Shown: piece after piece, positions 21,034 through 30,253 of the stretch
How positions within the stretch are numbered: position 1 is the stretch's first letter
How the letters are laid out: each line of letters opens with the position of its first letter
Source: Candidatus Multivoradales bacterium
GTDB taxonomy: Bacteria > Acidobacteriota > Thermoanaerobaculia > Multivoradales > JAHEKO01
NCBI GenBank assembly: GCA_965223155.1
Contig: CBDCVR010000013.1
Location: 1,152,001 to 1,216,000, forward strand
Direction of reading: 5' to 3'
DNA: 64,000 bases
The notes under the pieces: generated by a model
The model's input: the letters and a program-made list of their open reading frames with translations, nothing else
Databases searched by the model: none
What the model was told of the DNA's origin: nothing
Position numbers and translations under genes: made by a program

Positions 21034-22938
21034 ATGACCCAACGGCGAGCCCTGATCCTGGCCATTGCCGTGCTGATGGCCTGGGCTCTCGGGCTCCGCG
21101 TCTGGTACGCGAGCGCCGACTTGCGGCCGGACCGGTTCTGGGACGAGAGATACAGCGTCCCCAACGTCCACGCCGCCCTCGAAGAAGGCACGCTCAAGCC
21201 CAAGCGCTACGCGTACCTGCGCTTGACTTACTTACCTCAGGTGGCCGTCCTCGGTGGGATCCAGGCGGCGGCCCGTATCGTGCAGCCGGCCTTTTCCTGG
21301 TTCGAGGACACCGAGATGCGACCGGGAGGTTACCTCGCGTGCCGCCTGATCGCGGTCGCGATCGGCTGTCTGACAATTCTCTTGACGATACGGCTGGGGA
21401 CGCGCTTGATCTCACCCGAAGTGGGGCTCCTGGCCGGCTTCCTGGTGGCGGCCTCTCCGACTCACCTGGTCTATTCGTCCATCTTCAAGCCCGACATCGT
21501 GGTCGTCGCCACGACCTTGCTGGCCGTTCTCTGGAGCTTGAGGGCGGTCTCTGCCGCTTCCGTCGGCGCGTACCTTCTGGCCGGCGTCGGAATCGGTCTG
21601 GCGCTCTCGAGCAAACCGACCGGCGGCGCGACGGCCGTGCCGCTGGCACTGGCCGCGGGCTGGCTCGGTTGGCGAAATCGGCGCCACTGGCTGGGGCTGG
21701 TTTCGGCAGCGCTGGTCTCGGCCTCGATCTTCCTGGCGCTGAATCCTTTCCCCAGGTATCTCTCGGCCTTCCGCCTACAGCGGAACCGATACGACTCGGT
21801 GGCCCTCAGAAAAGGCACCCTGGGCGATCCCGTCGCCACCGCCCGGCACGTGTTCAGAACCTTGTTCGAGGGTGCCCACGGCCCGATCGTAGGGACGCTT
21901 GCCGCGGCCGGCGTCGTGGTTCTGCTGGTGCTCGTCTGGCGGCGGCGCGGAACGTCCGGAGGCCGAGATCTTGCGATGGCGCTGACCTTCCCCGTGGTCT
22001 TCAGCGTCCTCTACGGTCTGGTCACCCAGAATGTGCTTCCGAATAACTTTCTGCCGGTGTTGCCATATACCGCGCTGGCCGCGGCGTTCGTCCTGGCCGC
22101 CGTCGGGCGGGGTCTGGCGAACCTCGTCGCCGTCGAGCTCTCCGCAGTGGTGAAGTGGCCCGCCGTCGCCGCCTTGCTCTTGGTGGCGGCGCAACCGGCA
22201 CAGCTCCGGGCCTATCGGGTCTTGGTCCCGACCACCGCAGAACGGGCTACGGCGAAGGTCGAGCAGTCGCTCGCGGAGCACGAGCTCCCTTGGCTCGGCG
22301 TCGAGCCGGATCCCCGCATGCCGGCAGTCGGTCGCGACCCGGGACCTCCCCATCGGCCGCTTCCGGGGACCCACCTCTGGACGCATGAACGCCTTTCCGA
22401 CGAGGGCTCGAGGCAACTCGATGCGGCCGACGCCCTGATCTTTCCGGCAGCGCGGCTTGAACCAGGCACGACCCTGCAAGCCTACCGGCGCCTGATGCGG
22501 AGGGGCACCCGCTTCGACGTTCATCCCAAGTGGTTTCGAGCCCGCGGGCCGTCTCAGGTCGTCGTGCTGCACCCGTGGCGGCTGACGTCACGCGAAAAGC
22601 GCACTCTGGCGCCATCGGCAGGACCGGGGCGGTACGCAACGAGTCTTCGGTCGGCGCCGGGAGAGCGCCGCGTCGCCGCTCTCCGCTTCGTCGCAGCGGG
22701 GGACGAGACGAGCTCCCGGCCCTCGGTCCGCGCCCGCCGCGGTCTCAACCTCCTCGCCAGAACGACTCGGGGAAAGACCGTCTGGACCACCGACCGGTTT
22801 CTCTTGGAGCCTGGCGGCGAGACCGCGATCCGCATCAACCTTCCCTGGGAGGCGATCCGGCGCCCGGACGGGACTCTGGAGGTCACGAGCTTCCAGTGGA
22901 CCCCCGCAACACCGGACTCGGCGACGGACCGGGACTAA
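21034..22938 (+). CDS. GT-C fold membrane glycosyltransferase (ArnT/PMT, GT39/83-like)
   Basis: First TM followed by FWDE, many TM helices, KPD and SKPTG motifs, soluble C-terminal domain. Start 21034 preferred over 20950. Confidence 0.72.
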   Translation: MTQRRALILAIAVLMAWALGLRVWYASADLRPDRFWDERYSVPNVHAALEEGTLKPKRYAYLRLTYLPQVAVLGGIQAAARIVQPAFSWFEDTEMRPGGYLACRLIAVAIGCLTILLTIRLGTRLISPEVGLLAGFLVAASPTHLVYSSIFKPDIVVVATTLLAVLWSLRAVSAASVGAYLLAGVGIGLALSSKPTGGATAVPLALAAGWLGWRNRRHWLGLVSAALVSASIFLALNPFPRYLSAFRLQRNRYDSVALRKGTLGDPVATARHVFRTLFEGAHGPIVGTLAAAGVVVLLVLVWRRRGTSGGRDLAMALTFPVVFSVLYGLVTQNVLPNNFLPVLPYTALAAAFVLAAVGRGLANLVAVELSAVVKWPAVAALLLVAAQPAQLRAYRVLVPTTAERATAKVEQSLAEHELPWLGVEPDPRMPAVGRDPGPPHRPLPGTHLWTHERLSDEGSRQLDAADALIFPAARLEPGTTLQAYRRLMRRGTRFDVHPKWFRARGPSQVVVLHPWRLTSREKRTLAPSAGPGRYATSLRSAPGERRVAALRFVAAGDETSSRPSVRARRGLNLLARTTRGKTVWTTDRFLLEPGGETAIRINLPWEAIRRPDGTLEVTSFQWTPATPDSATDRD

Positions 22939-23011
22939 GGCCGGCCTCTCCACAAGCTCGCTACAGCCCGCTCACGGGCCTTGGCATCCGCCGACTTCGT
23001 CGGCAGCCTGT

Positions 23012-24283
23012 TTAGGCTTCGGGCTCTGCGTAGCAGAACAGATGGCCGCGCGTCCGAACCAGCAGGCAGCCGTCGGCGATCGCCGGAGACGCCACCAGGT
23101 CGCTGTCCGGAACCTTACTCTCGCCCAGCAGCTCGAATTCGTCGGTAGCGGCGACGGTCGTAACCACTCCTTCCCGGCTCATCGCGTAGAGCTTGCCGTC
23201 GCCCGCCACGAGCGAGGCGATGTAGTTGCCGGACTTGATGCGATTCTTCCACAGGACCCTGCCGGTGGCGGGATCCAGGCTCACGATGAAGCCTTTCTCG
23301 TGCAGCGAGAACAGGCGACCGTTGTAGAGAACCGGGGACGAGGTTCCTGGAACCATCCGTGCCGAGCTCCAGAGCGGCGCACCCGCTTCCCCGGCGCCCG
23401 GTCCCACCTTCCAGCAATTGGCTTCGCGTACCTGATGAGCGCCGGTCGTGGAGCAGATGAGCTCGCCTTCGCCCACCGGGCTTGCCACCGGCTGGTTGAC
23501 CTTCTGCGGAGTCTCCCAGCGCTTCTCCCCGGTCGCGGCATCGTAGACCGCGAGGTGCCCCGAGTGGGACACCACCAGCTCGGAGCTCTCGCCGGAGGAA
23601 CGAACGATCGGGGTCGCGTACGAACAGCACCCGGTGCTCCATTCCGTTCTCCAGAGCTCCTCGCCGCTCTTCTTCGAATAAGCGGCCAGGAAGCCGGGGT
23701 AGCCGTCCCGGTTCCTCTCGCGATCGCGGAAGACGATCACCTTGTCGTCGACGAGAATCGGCGAAGCGCCGGCGCCGTACCGCGAGTACTCCACGTAATC
23801 CGGGTCGATCTCCTCCAGCCACCGGATCGCGCCCTCGAAATCCAGCGCGGCCAGATGGGAGCCAAAGTACACGAAGATGTCGTGGCCGTCGCTGGCCGGC
23901 GTCGTTCCGGCCGAACTGTGCAGTCGGTGCAGTTGCTCGACAGGTCGGCTCACGACGGCGGTCTGCCAGAGAGACTTCCCCGCGGTCAGGTCGAAGGCCG
24001 CCACCTTGAGATCGACGCCCGAGGCTTGCTTTTCCGCGAACGTGAGCAGAACCGTTCCGCGCGCCACGACCGGCGACGAGGTCCCACGGCCGGGCAGCTT
24101 CGTCTGCCACCTGAGAGCGTCTCCCGATTCGTCCCAAGCAGCCGGCAGCCTGGTCTCCGCGGAGACGCCGAGACCGCCCTGCCCACGCCATTGAGGCCAT
24201 TCGAGTGTCGGCTCCTGCCGAGCGCACGCCGGGCTCAGAGCCACCATCAAGACTACAAGCGCAATGCGATACCAGACTGTCAT
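23012..24283 (-). CDS. PQQ-like beta-propeller protein (BamB-like repeats), exported
   Basis: Signal/lipoprotein-like N-terminus, WPQWRG, repeated SSPV and D..TG...W blades. Confidence 0.85.
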   Translation of the reverse strand: MTVWYRIALVVLMVALSPACARQEPTLEWPQWRGQGGLGVSAETRLPAAWDESGDALRWQTKLPGRGTSSPVVARGTVLLTFAEKQASGVDLKVAAFDLTAGKSLWQTAVVSRPVEQLHRLHSSAGTTPASDGHDIFVYFGSHLAALDFEGAIRWLEEIDPDYVEYSRYGAGASPILVDDKVIVFRDRERNRDGYPGFLAAYSKKSGEELWRTEWSTGCCSYATPIVRSSGESSELVVSHSGHLAVYDAATGEKRWETPQKVNQPVASPVGEGELICSTTGAHQVREANCWKVGPGAGEAGAPLWSSARMVPGTSSPVLYNGRLFSLHEKGFIVSLDPATGRVLWKNRIKSGNYIASLVAGDGKLYAMSREGVVTTVAATDEFELLGESKVPDSDLVASPAIADGCLLVRTRGHLFCYAEPEA

Positions 24284-24731
24284 CTGTTTCCCTCCGGGAG
24301 TCGTCCGCTCCGAGGACCGCGGCCGGTCGGCCGCCGGTCGGCCGGATGTTTCGCTCGTGACTCAAGGCGCCGTCGAGTCGAAGAAAGCCGGTCTCGCCGG
24401 ATCCCGCCCGGCCGCCTCGGCGGGACAGTACCAGGATTTCGCCGCTCGGAGACCGGGTCGTCCACTTCGAAGGTCCAGAGCCTTCGCTTGACCGAGATCA
24501 AGGCGCAGCCCGCCGCGGCTTGCGTAGCCTTCGAGGGCGGCGGCGCTTCGGCGCGCTGTTTGGGCCCGTGCCCGCTCCAGATCCCAACGAACGACAATTG
24601 TCGATTCGACCATGAAGACTGCCAGCCTGCGCCGCCTCGGCCTCCCTGTGTCTACGCGCACGCGGGCTGCGATCGTGACTGGAGACAGGCTCCCGAGGCG
24701 AGGTGCGACCGAGACTGCGGCAACGGAAAGG

Positions 24732-27170
24732 ATGACACTAGCTCGAAGAACGCTAACGGCTCTTGCGGTCACGGCCGCCTTTTCTTGGAATCCGGCCCCG
24801 CTCGAAGCCTCGGCTCCCGGTGCAACGCCCGAACCGGCCACCCGATTCGCCAGCGAAGCGGCCAGGCCGGCCTCCGCTCCTCAGTCCCAGATCAGGCCCG
24901 AAACCAAGTCGGAGTTGGCCGCGGAGGAACCGGCGCCGCGGTCCGGGACTCCAGCGATCGAGACTTCGCCGGCCGCAGCTTCGGCGGCCGGCGCTTCACG
25001 GACCGAGACCTTCTCAGCCGGCGGCACCGACGCCGAGCCGGAGCGCCTCTTCGAAGAACTCCTGGTCATCGGCTCCGCCGAAGCCGCCCGGCACATACCC
25101 GGCTCGGCCCATTTCCTCTCCAAAGAGGCGGTCGAGCGCCAGGAGTACTCGGACGTCCACCGGGTCCTGCGACAAATCCCGGGCGTCAACATCCAAGAGG
25201 AAGAAGGCTACGGACTGCGGCCCAACATCGGGATCCGGGGCACCGGAGTCAATCGCAGCGAGAAGATCACCTTGATGGAAGACGGGGTCCTGATCGCTCC
25301 GGCACCCTACTCCGCTCCAGCCGCCTACTACGCACCCACCGCCGGCCGCATGGAGAGCTTCGAGATCCGCAAGGGCTCGACCTCCATCCGCCAGGGTCCG
25401 TACACGAACGGCGGCACGGTGAACTACGTCTCGACCGCCATCCCGGGAGCCCTGCGAGCCAAGGCCGAGCTGGCAGCCGGCGGCGAGGGTCTGCGCCGGG
25501 CCGCCGCCTGGGTGGGCGATTCGGGCGAGCGCTGGGGCTGGCTTTTCGAGACCTTCCAGCTCGAGACCGACGGTTTCAAGCGTCTGGACGGCGGCGGCAA
25601 CACCGGCGTTGACTTGGAGGACTACGTCGGCAAGCTGCGGTTCACGAGCGCGCCCTCGGCCCGCATCTACCAAGCGGTCGAGGTCAAGCTCGGCTCGACG
25701 GATCAGCTCGGCCAGGAAACCTATCTGGGCCTCACCGCGGACGACTTTCGGGCCGATCCGTACCGGCGCTACGCCGCCTCCCAGGGCGATCACATCGAAT
25801 CGGATCATCAGCAGTTCCAGGTGAGCTACTTCGCCCAGCCGGCCGACCGTTTCAGTCTGACGGCGACCGCCTACCGCAACGACTTCTTCCGCAACTGGTT
25901 CAAGCTCGAACGCGTCTCGGACGTCTCGATTGCCACCGTCCTCGAACAGCCGGCCGACCATCCCCGCGAGCTCGCCATCCTGCGTGGCGAGATCGACAGC
26001 CAACCGGGCGAGCTGCGGGTTCGCAACAACCGGCGGGACTACTACTCCGAAGGAATCCAGGCCGTTCTCGAATGGCAGCTAGGACCGGCCGAGGCGCGGC
26101 ACGACCTGGACGTCGGCGTCCGCTTCCACCGGGACGGGGAGGATCGTTTCCAGGAAGAGGATCGTTTCCAGATGCTCGGCGGCCGGCGGACCCTGACCGC
26201 GCTGGGCGACCCGGGCAGCAACGCCAACCGCATCGCCTCGGCCCAAGCCTGGGCCGTCTTCGTCCAGGACACCATCGCCCGCGGGCGCTGGACCTGGAGT
26301 CCGGGCCTGCGCGTCGAATCGATCGATCTCGAGCGCCAGGACTTCGGGCGCGCGGATCCCGACCGGTCCGGCACCGATCTGGCCCTGCGCGCCAACGCGA
26401 TCACCGAGTGGATCCCGGGCCTGGGAGTGAACTTTCGGATCGACGAGCGCACCAGCCTCTTCGGGGGACTGCATCGCGGTTTCTCACCCCCGAGCCCCAG
26501 CTCGACCCGGGACGTGCGCGCTGAAGAGAGTCTCAATTTCGAGCTGGGCTGGCGCTTTCGCGACCACCGGCTGAGCGCCGAGGCGGTGGGGTTTTTCAAC
26601 GACTACGACAACCTCCTGGGCAACGACACCGTGGCCACCGGAGGCGAAGGCACCGGCGATCAGTTCAACGGCGGCAAGGTTCGGGTCCATGGACTCGAGG
26701 CCTCCGCGAGCTTCGACCTCGTCGCCGGCCGGACCCGCATGCCCCTCCGCATGGCCTACACCTGGACCCGCGGCGAGTTCCAGGAGAGCTTCGAGACCAG
26801 CTTCTCGGACTGGGCGCCCTTCGTGCGCAAAGGCGATGCCGTGCCCTACATTCCCGAGCACCAGCTCTTTGCCGGCATCAGCTTGGAGCGGGAGCGCTGG
26901 GCGGCCCATCTGGACGGCACCGTAACCGGCAAGATGCGGACTCGGGCGGGCTCGGGACCGGTTCCCGAGAGCGAATCGATCGGATCGCGAGCCGTCTTCG
27001 ATCTGCGAACCGAGTTCCGCGTCAACGACCGGATCCGCCTCTGGAGCCAGATCCTGAACCTGACCGACCACGTCTACGTCGCCGGCCGGCGGCCCGCCGG
27101 GCTGCGTCCGGGCCGGCCCCGCGCCCTCCTCTTCGGCGTCCGCTTCGACCTCGCCCGTGCCAACCGCTGA
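24732..27170 (+). CDS. TonB-dependent receptor, FecA-like (iron uptake)
   Basis: ATG at 24732 after GGAAAGGA. Signal peptide, plug EEEGYGLRPNIGIRG...ITLMEDGVLIAPAPYSAPAAYY, C-terminal NLTD..Y...RPAGLRPGRPR. Confidence 0.9.
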   Translation: MTLARRTLTALAVTAAFSWNPAPLEASAPGATPEPATRFASEAARPASAPQSQIRPETKSELAAEEPAPRSGTPAIETSPAAASAAGASRTETFSAGGTDAEPERLFEELLVIGSAEAARHIPGSAHFLSKEAVERQEYSDVHRVLRQIPGVNIQEEEGYGLRPNIGIRGTGVNRSEKITLMEDGVLIAPAPYSAPAAYYAPTAGRMESFEIRKGSTSIRQGPYTNGGTVNYVSTAIPGALRAKAELAAGGEGLRRAAAWVGDSGERWGWLFETFQLETDGFKRLDGGGNTGVDLEDYVGKLRFTSAPSARIYQAVEVKLGSTDQLGQETYLGLTADDFRADPYRRYAASQGDHIESDHQQFQVSYFAQPADRFSLTATAYRNDFFRNWFKLERVSDVSIATVLEQPADHPRELAILRGEIDSQPGELRVRNNRRDYYSEGIQAVLEWQLGPAEARHDLDVGVRFHRDGEDRFQEEDRFQMLGGRRTLTALGDPGSNANRIASAQAWAVFVQDTIARGRWTWSPGLRVESIDLERQDFGRADPDRSGTDLALRANAITEWIPGLGVNFRIDERTSLFGGLHRGFSPPSPSSTRDVRAEESLNFELGWRFRDHRLSAEAVGFFNDYDNLLGNDTVATGGEGTGDQFNGGKVRVHGLEASASFDLVAGRTRMPLRMAYTWTRGEFQESFETSFSDWAPFVRKGDAVPYIPEHQLFAGISLERERWAAHLDGTVTGKMRTRAGSGPVPESESIGSRAVFDLRTEFRVNDRIRLWSQILNLTDHVYVAGRRPAGLRPGRPRALLFGVRFDLARANR

Positions 27171-27180
27171 TGGCCGGCTG

Positions 27181-27384
27181 ATGGCCAAGAAGCTCAAGGC
27201 ATCCTGCTGCGAGAAGTTCCGGACCAAGGACAAGAACGCCTGCAAGCGCTGTCCGGCCCTGGCGCTGCTGCGCCGGCTCGAAGCCAACCGGCGGTCGGCT
27301 TCGGGCACTCGGGGCCGCCTGTCCGAGAAGAAACGACGCAAGCGCCTCAAGAAGGCGGCACGCAGCCTGCGCGAGGCGGCGTAG
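27181..27384 (+). CDS. Small basic Cys protein with FhuF-type CC-x10-CxxC motif (67 aa)
   Basis: MAKKLKASCCEKFRTKDKNACKRCP... Host-like codon usage, starts 10 nt after the receptor stop. Confidence 0.7.
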   Translation: MAKKLKASCCEKFRTKDKNACKRCPALALLRRLEANRRSASGTRGRLSEKKRRKRLKKAARSLREAA

Positions 27385-27512
27385 CGCCCGAAGGCCAGAA
27401 TCGGGCGCCCAGTACCCGGCGGCCGCAAACGCCGGCGAGACGGCGACGACCCGCTAGCGCGGCCGGGACTCTGCCGCGGTCTTGCGCCCGGCGAAGAGCA
27501 GCGTCAATCCAA

Positions 27513-27680
27513 CTAGTGCTGATTCCGGAAGAAGCTCACCGCCGCGCGCCGGGCCGTGGGCGTCACCATCTTCTTTGCAGCGCTTCTCTTCAACGCCTCC
27601 TTGCAAAGCGTCACATCCGCGAGCGCCGTCTTCAGTCGCCGATTCTCTTGCTTGAGCTCCTTCAACCGACGGGCCTCCCC
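27513..27680 (-). mobile_element. IS3-family transposase remnant (orfA end / orfB start)
   Basis: EARRLKELKQENRRLKTALADVTL (OrfA zipper) followed by KMVTPTARRAAV (OrfB start). Truncated on both sides. Confidence 0.75.
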
Positions 27681-27730
27681 AGTTGCTGGCACGCACGCCA
27701 ACCACCTTTTCGTTCGTCTAGAATGCTCGC

Positions 27731-28003
27731 GTGAACGTGTTGTCTGGCATTTTTATTGGCTGGTTCAACGACCCCTGGCTTGCCCGCCTTGGAATTCCAT
27801 TCATCTGGGGACTGATGTGGTGCGCCTACCAGTCGATCTTGGGCGGTTCGGAAAGCCACGCAGCCGAGATGGCTGCCCGAGGCGTCCAGGCGCCCCCAGG
27901 TGGGTACGCCTGGGCCTATTATCGAATTGAGTACTGGACAGCAGCACTCACAGCACTGATCTTCTCGATAGCTACCGGTGTCCTCAAATCTCTCATGAAT
28001 TGA
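27731..28003 (+). CDS. Hypothetical small membrane protein in lower-GC patch
   Basis: 90 aa with two hydrophobic segments and codon usage unlike flanking genes. Confidence 0.45.
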   Translation: MNVLSGIFIGWFNDPWLARLGIPFIWGLMWCAYQSILGGSESHAAEMAARGVQAPPGGYAWAYYRIEYWTAALTALIFSIATGVLKSLMN

Positions 28004-28114
28004 ATAGGGGCAGACGGACCACAGCTCCTCAAGCCAATACGGGCGAGAGCTCGATACCAACTCCTAGCCCAGTCTTCGACGGAGCAGTAAGCCGCTTGCT
28101 TTGAGAGAGTTATA

Positions 28115-28190
28115 TGGTGAGCCGCCAGGGACTCGAACCCCGAACCCGCAGATTAAGAGTCTGCTGCTCTGCCAGTTGAGCTAGCGGCCC
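28115..28190 (-). tRNA. tRNA-Lys (CTT)
   Basis: GGGCCGCTAGCTCAACTGGCAGAGCAGCAGACTCTTAATCTGCGGGTTCGGGGTTCGAGTCCCTGGCGGCTCACCA, 76 nt. Confidence 0.96.
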
Positions 28191-28225
28191 ACGAACGGCA
28201 AATTCTACACGCCCGAAGGTGGGGG

Positions 28226-28474
28226 TCAACCACCCTGGACGAAGCGGACGATCTCCAGCCGGTCGCCGGCCGCCAGCGGGATTTCCTCGAACCGGACGCG
28301 CCGCGCCAGCTCGCCGTTGTGCTCGATCGCGACCGTTCTGGGATCGAGGTCCAGGTCGGCCAGGAGCGAGGCGACCGTGGAGCCTGCCGGACAGTCGTGG
28401 TCCTCGCCGTTGACCTGGATCGTCATGGTCTCGGTGCGGCGCGTGTCAGCGATCGATGTCGTGTCCTCTGTCAT
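28226..28474 (-). CDS. thiS: Sulfur carrier protein ThiS (ubiquitin-like)
   Basis: IQVNGE...VAIEHNGE...GDRLEIVRFVQGG with C-terminal GG. True start may be slightly downstream. Confidence 0.85.
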   Translation of the reverse strand: MTEDTTSIADTRRTETMTIQVNGEDHDCPAGSTVASLLADLDLDPRTVAIEHNGELARRVRFEEIPLAAGDRLEIVRFVQGG

Positions 28475-28484
28475 CTCGGGACCT

Positions 28485-29192
28485 CTAGATCAAGTGCTTG
28501 ATCTCAGCCGAGCCCAGCTCGCTGGTCGCCGTGATAATCAACGCCGCCGTGCCCTTGGCAATGGCCGGAATCGCGACCTTGAGGTTGAGGTTGCCGTCGG
28601 AGTTGGTGGTCCCTCCTCCCAGTGCCACCGGCTCGGCGACGGTTGAGATGAGCTTGACCGCGATCTGAGCCTCGGCCACCGGATCCCCCGAGCCGCTAGC
28701 CTCGGCATGAAAGGCCAGCAGAGCCTCGCTGCCCAGGTCCAGGTCGCCGGTCGAGTCCATCGCCAGCACCAGGTGTTCCTGATCGGCCTCCATGTTCAAG
28801 TAGTCCAGGATCACCTGATCCAGGCTGGGCGTGCTGCTGACCTCCTCGGGCATGGCCAGACCCGCCGTGGGCGCCGGCTTCAAGTCGGGCTCTTCGGGTG
28901 TTTCGGGGACCGCGATCGGGCCTAGCTGCCGCTCGACGTCGGCGTCCATGCTGCCTTCCCGAATCTCGGCGATCATCTTCTTGTGCTGCTCCTCCAAGAG
29001 GGCGAGCACGTGCTCCTTGCCGCCCTCGCCCTCCTTGACCATGCGCGCGTAGTCGGTGCGGCGGCGGCCCAGAATCTGACCGCCGACGTAGACCAGGCTT
29101 TCGACGTAGGGGTTGTTGACACCCTTGTCTTCGGTCTGGACGTGGAAGACCAGGCCCCGGTGGCGAACGTCGGTGTTGTAGCCGGTGATCAT
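28485..29192 (-). CDS. Conserved hypothetical protein (N-terminal GYNTDV...HVQTEDKG domain plus beta-rich C-terminal domain)
   Basis: Strong host codon bias. Two globular parts joined by a Pro/Glu linker. Confidence 0.7.
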   Translation of the reverse strand: MITGYNTDVRHRGLVFHVQTEDKGVNNPYVESLVYVGGQILGRRRTDYARMVKEGEGGKEHVLALLEEQHKKMIAEIREGSMDADVERQLGPIAVPETPEEPDLKPAPTAGLAMPEEVSSTPSLDQVILDYLNMEADQEHLVLAMDSTGDLDLGSEALLAFHAEASGSGDPVAEAQIAVKLISTVAEPVALGGGTTNSDGNLNLKVAIPAIAKGTAALIITATSELGSAEIKHLI

Positions 29193-29434
29193 GGGTCGCG
29201 TCTCGCGGCTCCGCCGGCGAGCGGCCGGAGTCCTATCGAACGACGTATTCTAGTGCGGCGGCAGCCAAAACCGCAGTGGCGAGCGGCACTCCCATCCTCG
29301 GTTGCCGCCGCGCGCGAGCGTCTTGCCGGGCCCGGGAGCGCGTGACAGAATCTCCCCGTTCCCAGAATCGCCCGGCCCGACGCCCGGCGGTCTCTCTGGC
29401 TAACGTTCACCCTACAGTTCGGGAGGTACCACCT

Positions 29435-30250
29435 ATGGCTGAGGCTTCAGCTGAGCAAGAGACACGATCCACCCTGGTCCAATACGAAGTTCGTGACGGC
29501 GTCGCCTATCTGACCCTGACCGATCCGCCGGCCAACACCTACACCCACGAAATGATGCGGCAACTCGATGACGCCATCCTGTCGGCGCGTTTCGACCCGG
29601 ACGTCCACGTGCTGGTGGTGACCGGCCTGGGCGAGAAGTTCTTCTGCGCCGGCGCCAACATCAACATGCTCCAGACCTCGGATCCGGTCTTCAAGTACTA
29701 CTTCTGCCTCCACGCCAACGAGACGCTGAACCGGCTCGAGCACACCCCGAAGCTGGTGATCGCCGCGCTCAACGGCCACACCGTCGGCGGCGGCCTCGAG
29801 ATCGCGATGGCCGCGGACTTGCGCATCGCCAAGAAGGACGCAGGCAAGGTCGGTCTTCCCGAGATCAATCTGGGCGTGCTGCCCGGTACCGGCGGCACCC
29901 AGCGTCTGTCGCGCATCGTGGGCAAGAGCCGCGCGATCGACCTCATGGTGACTGGCGACCTCCTCTCCTTCGAGGAGGCTCAAGACCTGGGCGTCGTCAA
30001 CCGCATCCTCGAAGGCGACGACTTCATGGACCAGATCCACGCCTTCGCCAGCCAGTTCTGCCCGCCCAACAAGGCCGCCAAGGCGGTCGGCCGGATCAAG
30101 CGGTCGGTACAGTCCGGCTGGGAGGTGCCCTTCGAGAGCGGTCTCGCCATCGAGCGCGAGCTCCAGCAGCAGCTATTCCAGAGCGACGACGCCCGCGAGG
30201 GCCTGGCCGCCTATATCGAGAAGCGCAAGCCCGAGTTTCAGGGGGCCTAG
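29435..30250 (+). CDS. Enoyl-CoA hydratase/isomerase, similar to the BoxC N-terminal domain
   Basis: ATG after GGGAGG. FFCAGANI, VGGGLE, GLPEINLGVLPGTGGTQRL. Confidence 0.88.
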   Translation: MAEASAEQETRSTLVQYEVRDGVAYLTLTDPPANTYTHEMMRQLDDAILSARFDPDVHVLVVTGLGEKFFCAGANINMLQTSDPVFKYYFCLHANETLNRLEHTPKLVIAALNGHTVGGGLEIAMAADLRIAKKDAGKVGLPEINLGVLPGTGGTQRLSRIVGKSRAIDLMVTGDLLSFEEAQDLGVVNRILEGDDFMDQIHAFASQFCPPNKAAKAVGRIKRSVQSGWEVPFESGLAIERELQQQLFQSDDAREGLAAYIEKRKPEFQGA

Positions 30251-30253
30251 AGC

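Noticed and set aside
23042-25612. 856-aa plus-strand ORF and other long alternative ORFs (e.g. 38065-39996, 10276-11664, 42528-43925)
   Set aside because: Antisense or off-frame shadows of well-supported genes. Stop codons are rare in GC-rich DNA, and the products are Arg/Gly/Pro-rich with no motifs.
27455-27471. Intact attL/attR direct repeat of the tRNA-Lys 3' end
   Set aside because: Only 7 bp match exactly, which is expected by chance. No integrase is present.
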